In this document: positions 59,305-59,646 of the stretch, in pieces
Layout: every line of letters starts with the position of its first letter
Position numbering within the stretch: the first letter of the stretch is position 1
Source: Candidatus Parcubacteria bacterium
GTDB lineage: Bacteria > Patescibacteriota > Patescibacteriia > CAIXNZ01
NCBI GenBank assembly: GCA_026395755.1
Contig: JAPLYC010000075.1
Span: 1-59,646 of the forward strand
Direction of reading: 5' to 3'
Length of the DNA stretch: 59,646 nt
Notes under the pieces: generated by a model
What the model was told of the DNA's origin: nothing
What the model saw: only the letters and a program-made list of their open reading frames with translations
Database searches by the model: none
Program-made: the position numbers and the translations under genes

Positions 59305-59646
59305 TTATTCTTGTGCGAGTTCAATTAATTTATCAAGAAATTGAGGATAGGTGTATCCGGCTGCCTTAGCAGCTTTAGGAACCAGAGAAGTTGCGGTTTG
59401 ACCGGGGATGGTATTTATTTCCAGAAAATATATTTGGTTATCAGGACTTAATATCAAATCAGTGCGTGAAAGACCGCGACAGCCTAAAATCTCATGAGCT
59501 TTCAGCCCAATAGCTTGCATCTGTCTGGTCAGTTCCTCGGAAATTTGCGCCGGACAAATTTCTTGAGCGCCGTTTTGGGAATATTTGGAGTCATAATCAA
59601 AGAAATTATTCTTAGGGATAATTTCAATGGTCGGTAATGCTTGAGG
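59305..59646 (-). CDS. ddl: D-alanine--D-alanine ligase, C-terminal part (gene continues past the window end)
   Basis: Contains LGCRGLSRTDLIL.....IYFLEINTIPG.T..SL.P..A.AAG. The reverse frame stays open to nt 59646. Confidence 0.88.
   Translation of the reverse strand, partial: PQALPTIEIIPKNNFFDYDSKYSQNGAQEICPAQISEELTRQMQAIGLKAHEILGCRGLSRTDLILSPDNQIYFLEINTIPGQTATSLVPKAAKAAGYTYPQFLDKLIELAQE

Noticed and set aside
1-59646. Alternative genetic code (UGA recoding, as in some CPR lineages), and CRISPR arrays.
   Set aside because: All conserved genes (r-proteins, EF-G/Tu, SecY, pyr enzymes) are full-length under the standard code, and TGA is used as a stop, for example at 9879-9881 and 57477-57479. 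No array of regularly spaced identical repeats exists. The repeated AT-rich words and REP palindromes lack constant repeat-spacer periodicity.

Overview
Calls rest on reading the sequence and recalling family motifs. No searches or folding programs were run, and hairpin or promoter coordinates are good to about +/-3 nt.

The window is a compact, low-GC bacterial contig. By inference it belongs to the Candidate Phyla Radiation/Patescibacteria. The supporting observations are: no L30 between rpsE and rplO; a type IV pilus cluster; DUF5679 and four-helix-bundle mini-genes; most genes lacking a Shine-Dalgarno (SD) sequence; and many small hypothetical proteins.

**Backbone**
- A 5'-truncated giant fibre/adhesin-like protein at 2-4729.
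- ndk.
- A type IV pilus cluster at 11285-19756: pilB, pilC, four prepilin-type proteins including an 858-aa one, pilM and a major pilin.
- rpmB, then the str genes rpsL-rpsG-fusA.
- A roughly 5 kb insertion, then tuf and rpsJ.
- An unusual 337-nt promoter/leader, then the full S10-spc cluster from rplC to rplO.
- secY, adk, map, an SRAP peptidase, ruvX, recO and ddl (partial).

**Accessory layer**
1. Two COG1943-type REP-associated tyrosine transposase (RAYT)-like genes, each associated with AGGCT-N-AGCCT palindromes.
2. A mini-gene island at 9385-10995. It holds two leaderless hydrophobic peptides, two zinc-ribbon mini-proteins and a cluster of three tRNA(-like) genes, two of which have non-canonical anticodon loops.
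3. Candidate structured RNAs upstream of pilB, rplC and recO.
4. Visibly higher-GC genes that carry strong GGAGG SD sequences. These include a complete pyrB-pyrC-pyrK-pyrD-pyrF-PRTase cluster driven by three promoters of identical format, TTGAC(A/G)-N17-TAAGGT.
5. Imperfect palindromes of about 60-80 nt with a CG dinucleotide every 5-7 nt: two bounded copies in the pyr cluster and a looser third tract upstream of tRNA-Pro(GGG).
6. A dispersed family of AT-rich word repeats (TTGAAAATTG / ATTGTAAATT). They bracket the four-helix-bundle gene and also sit inside ribosomal operon spacers.

No CRISPR array, rRNA gene, reverse transcriptase or recognisable defence system was seen.
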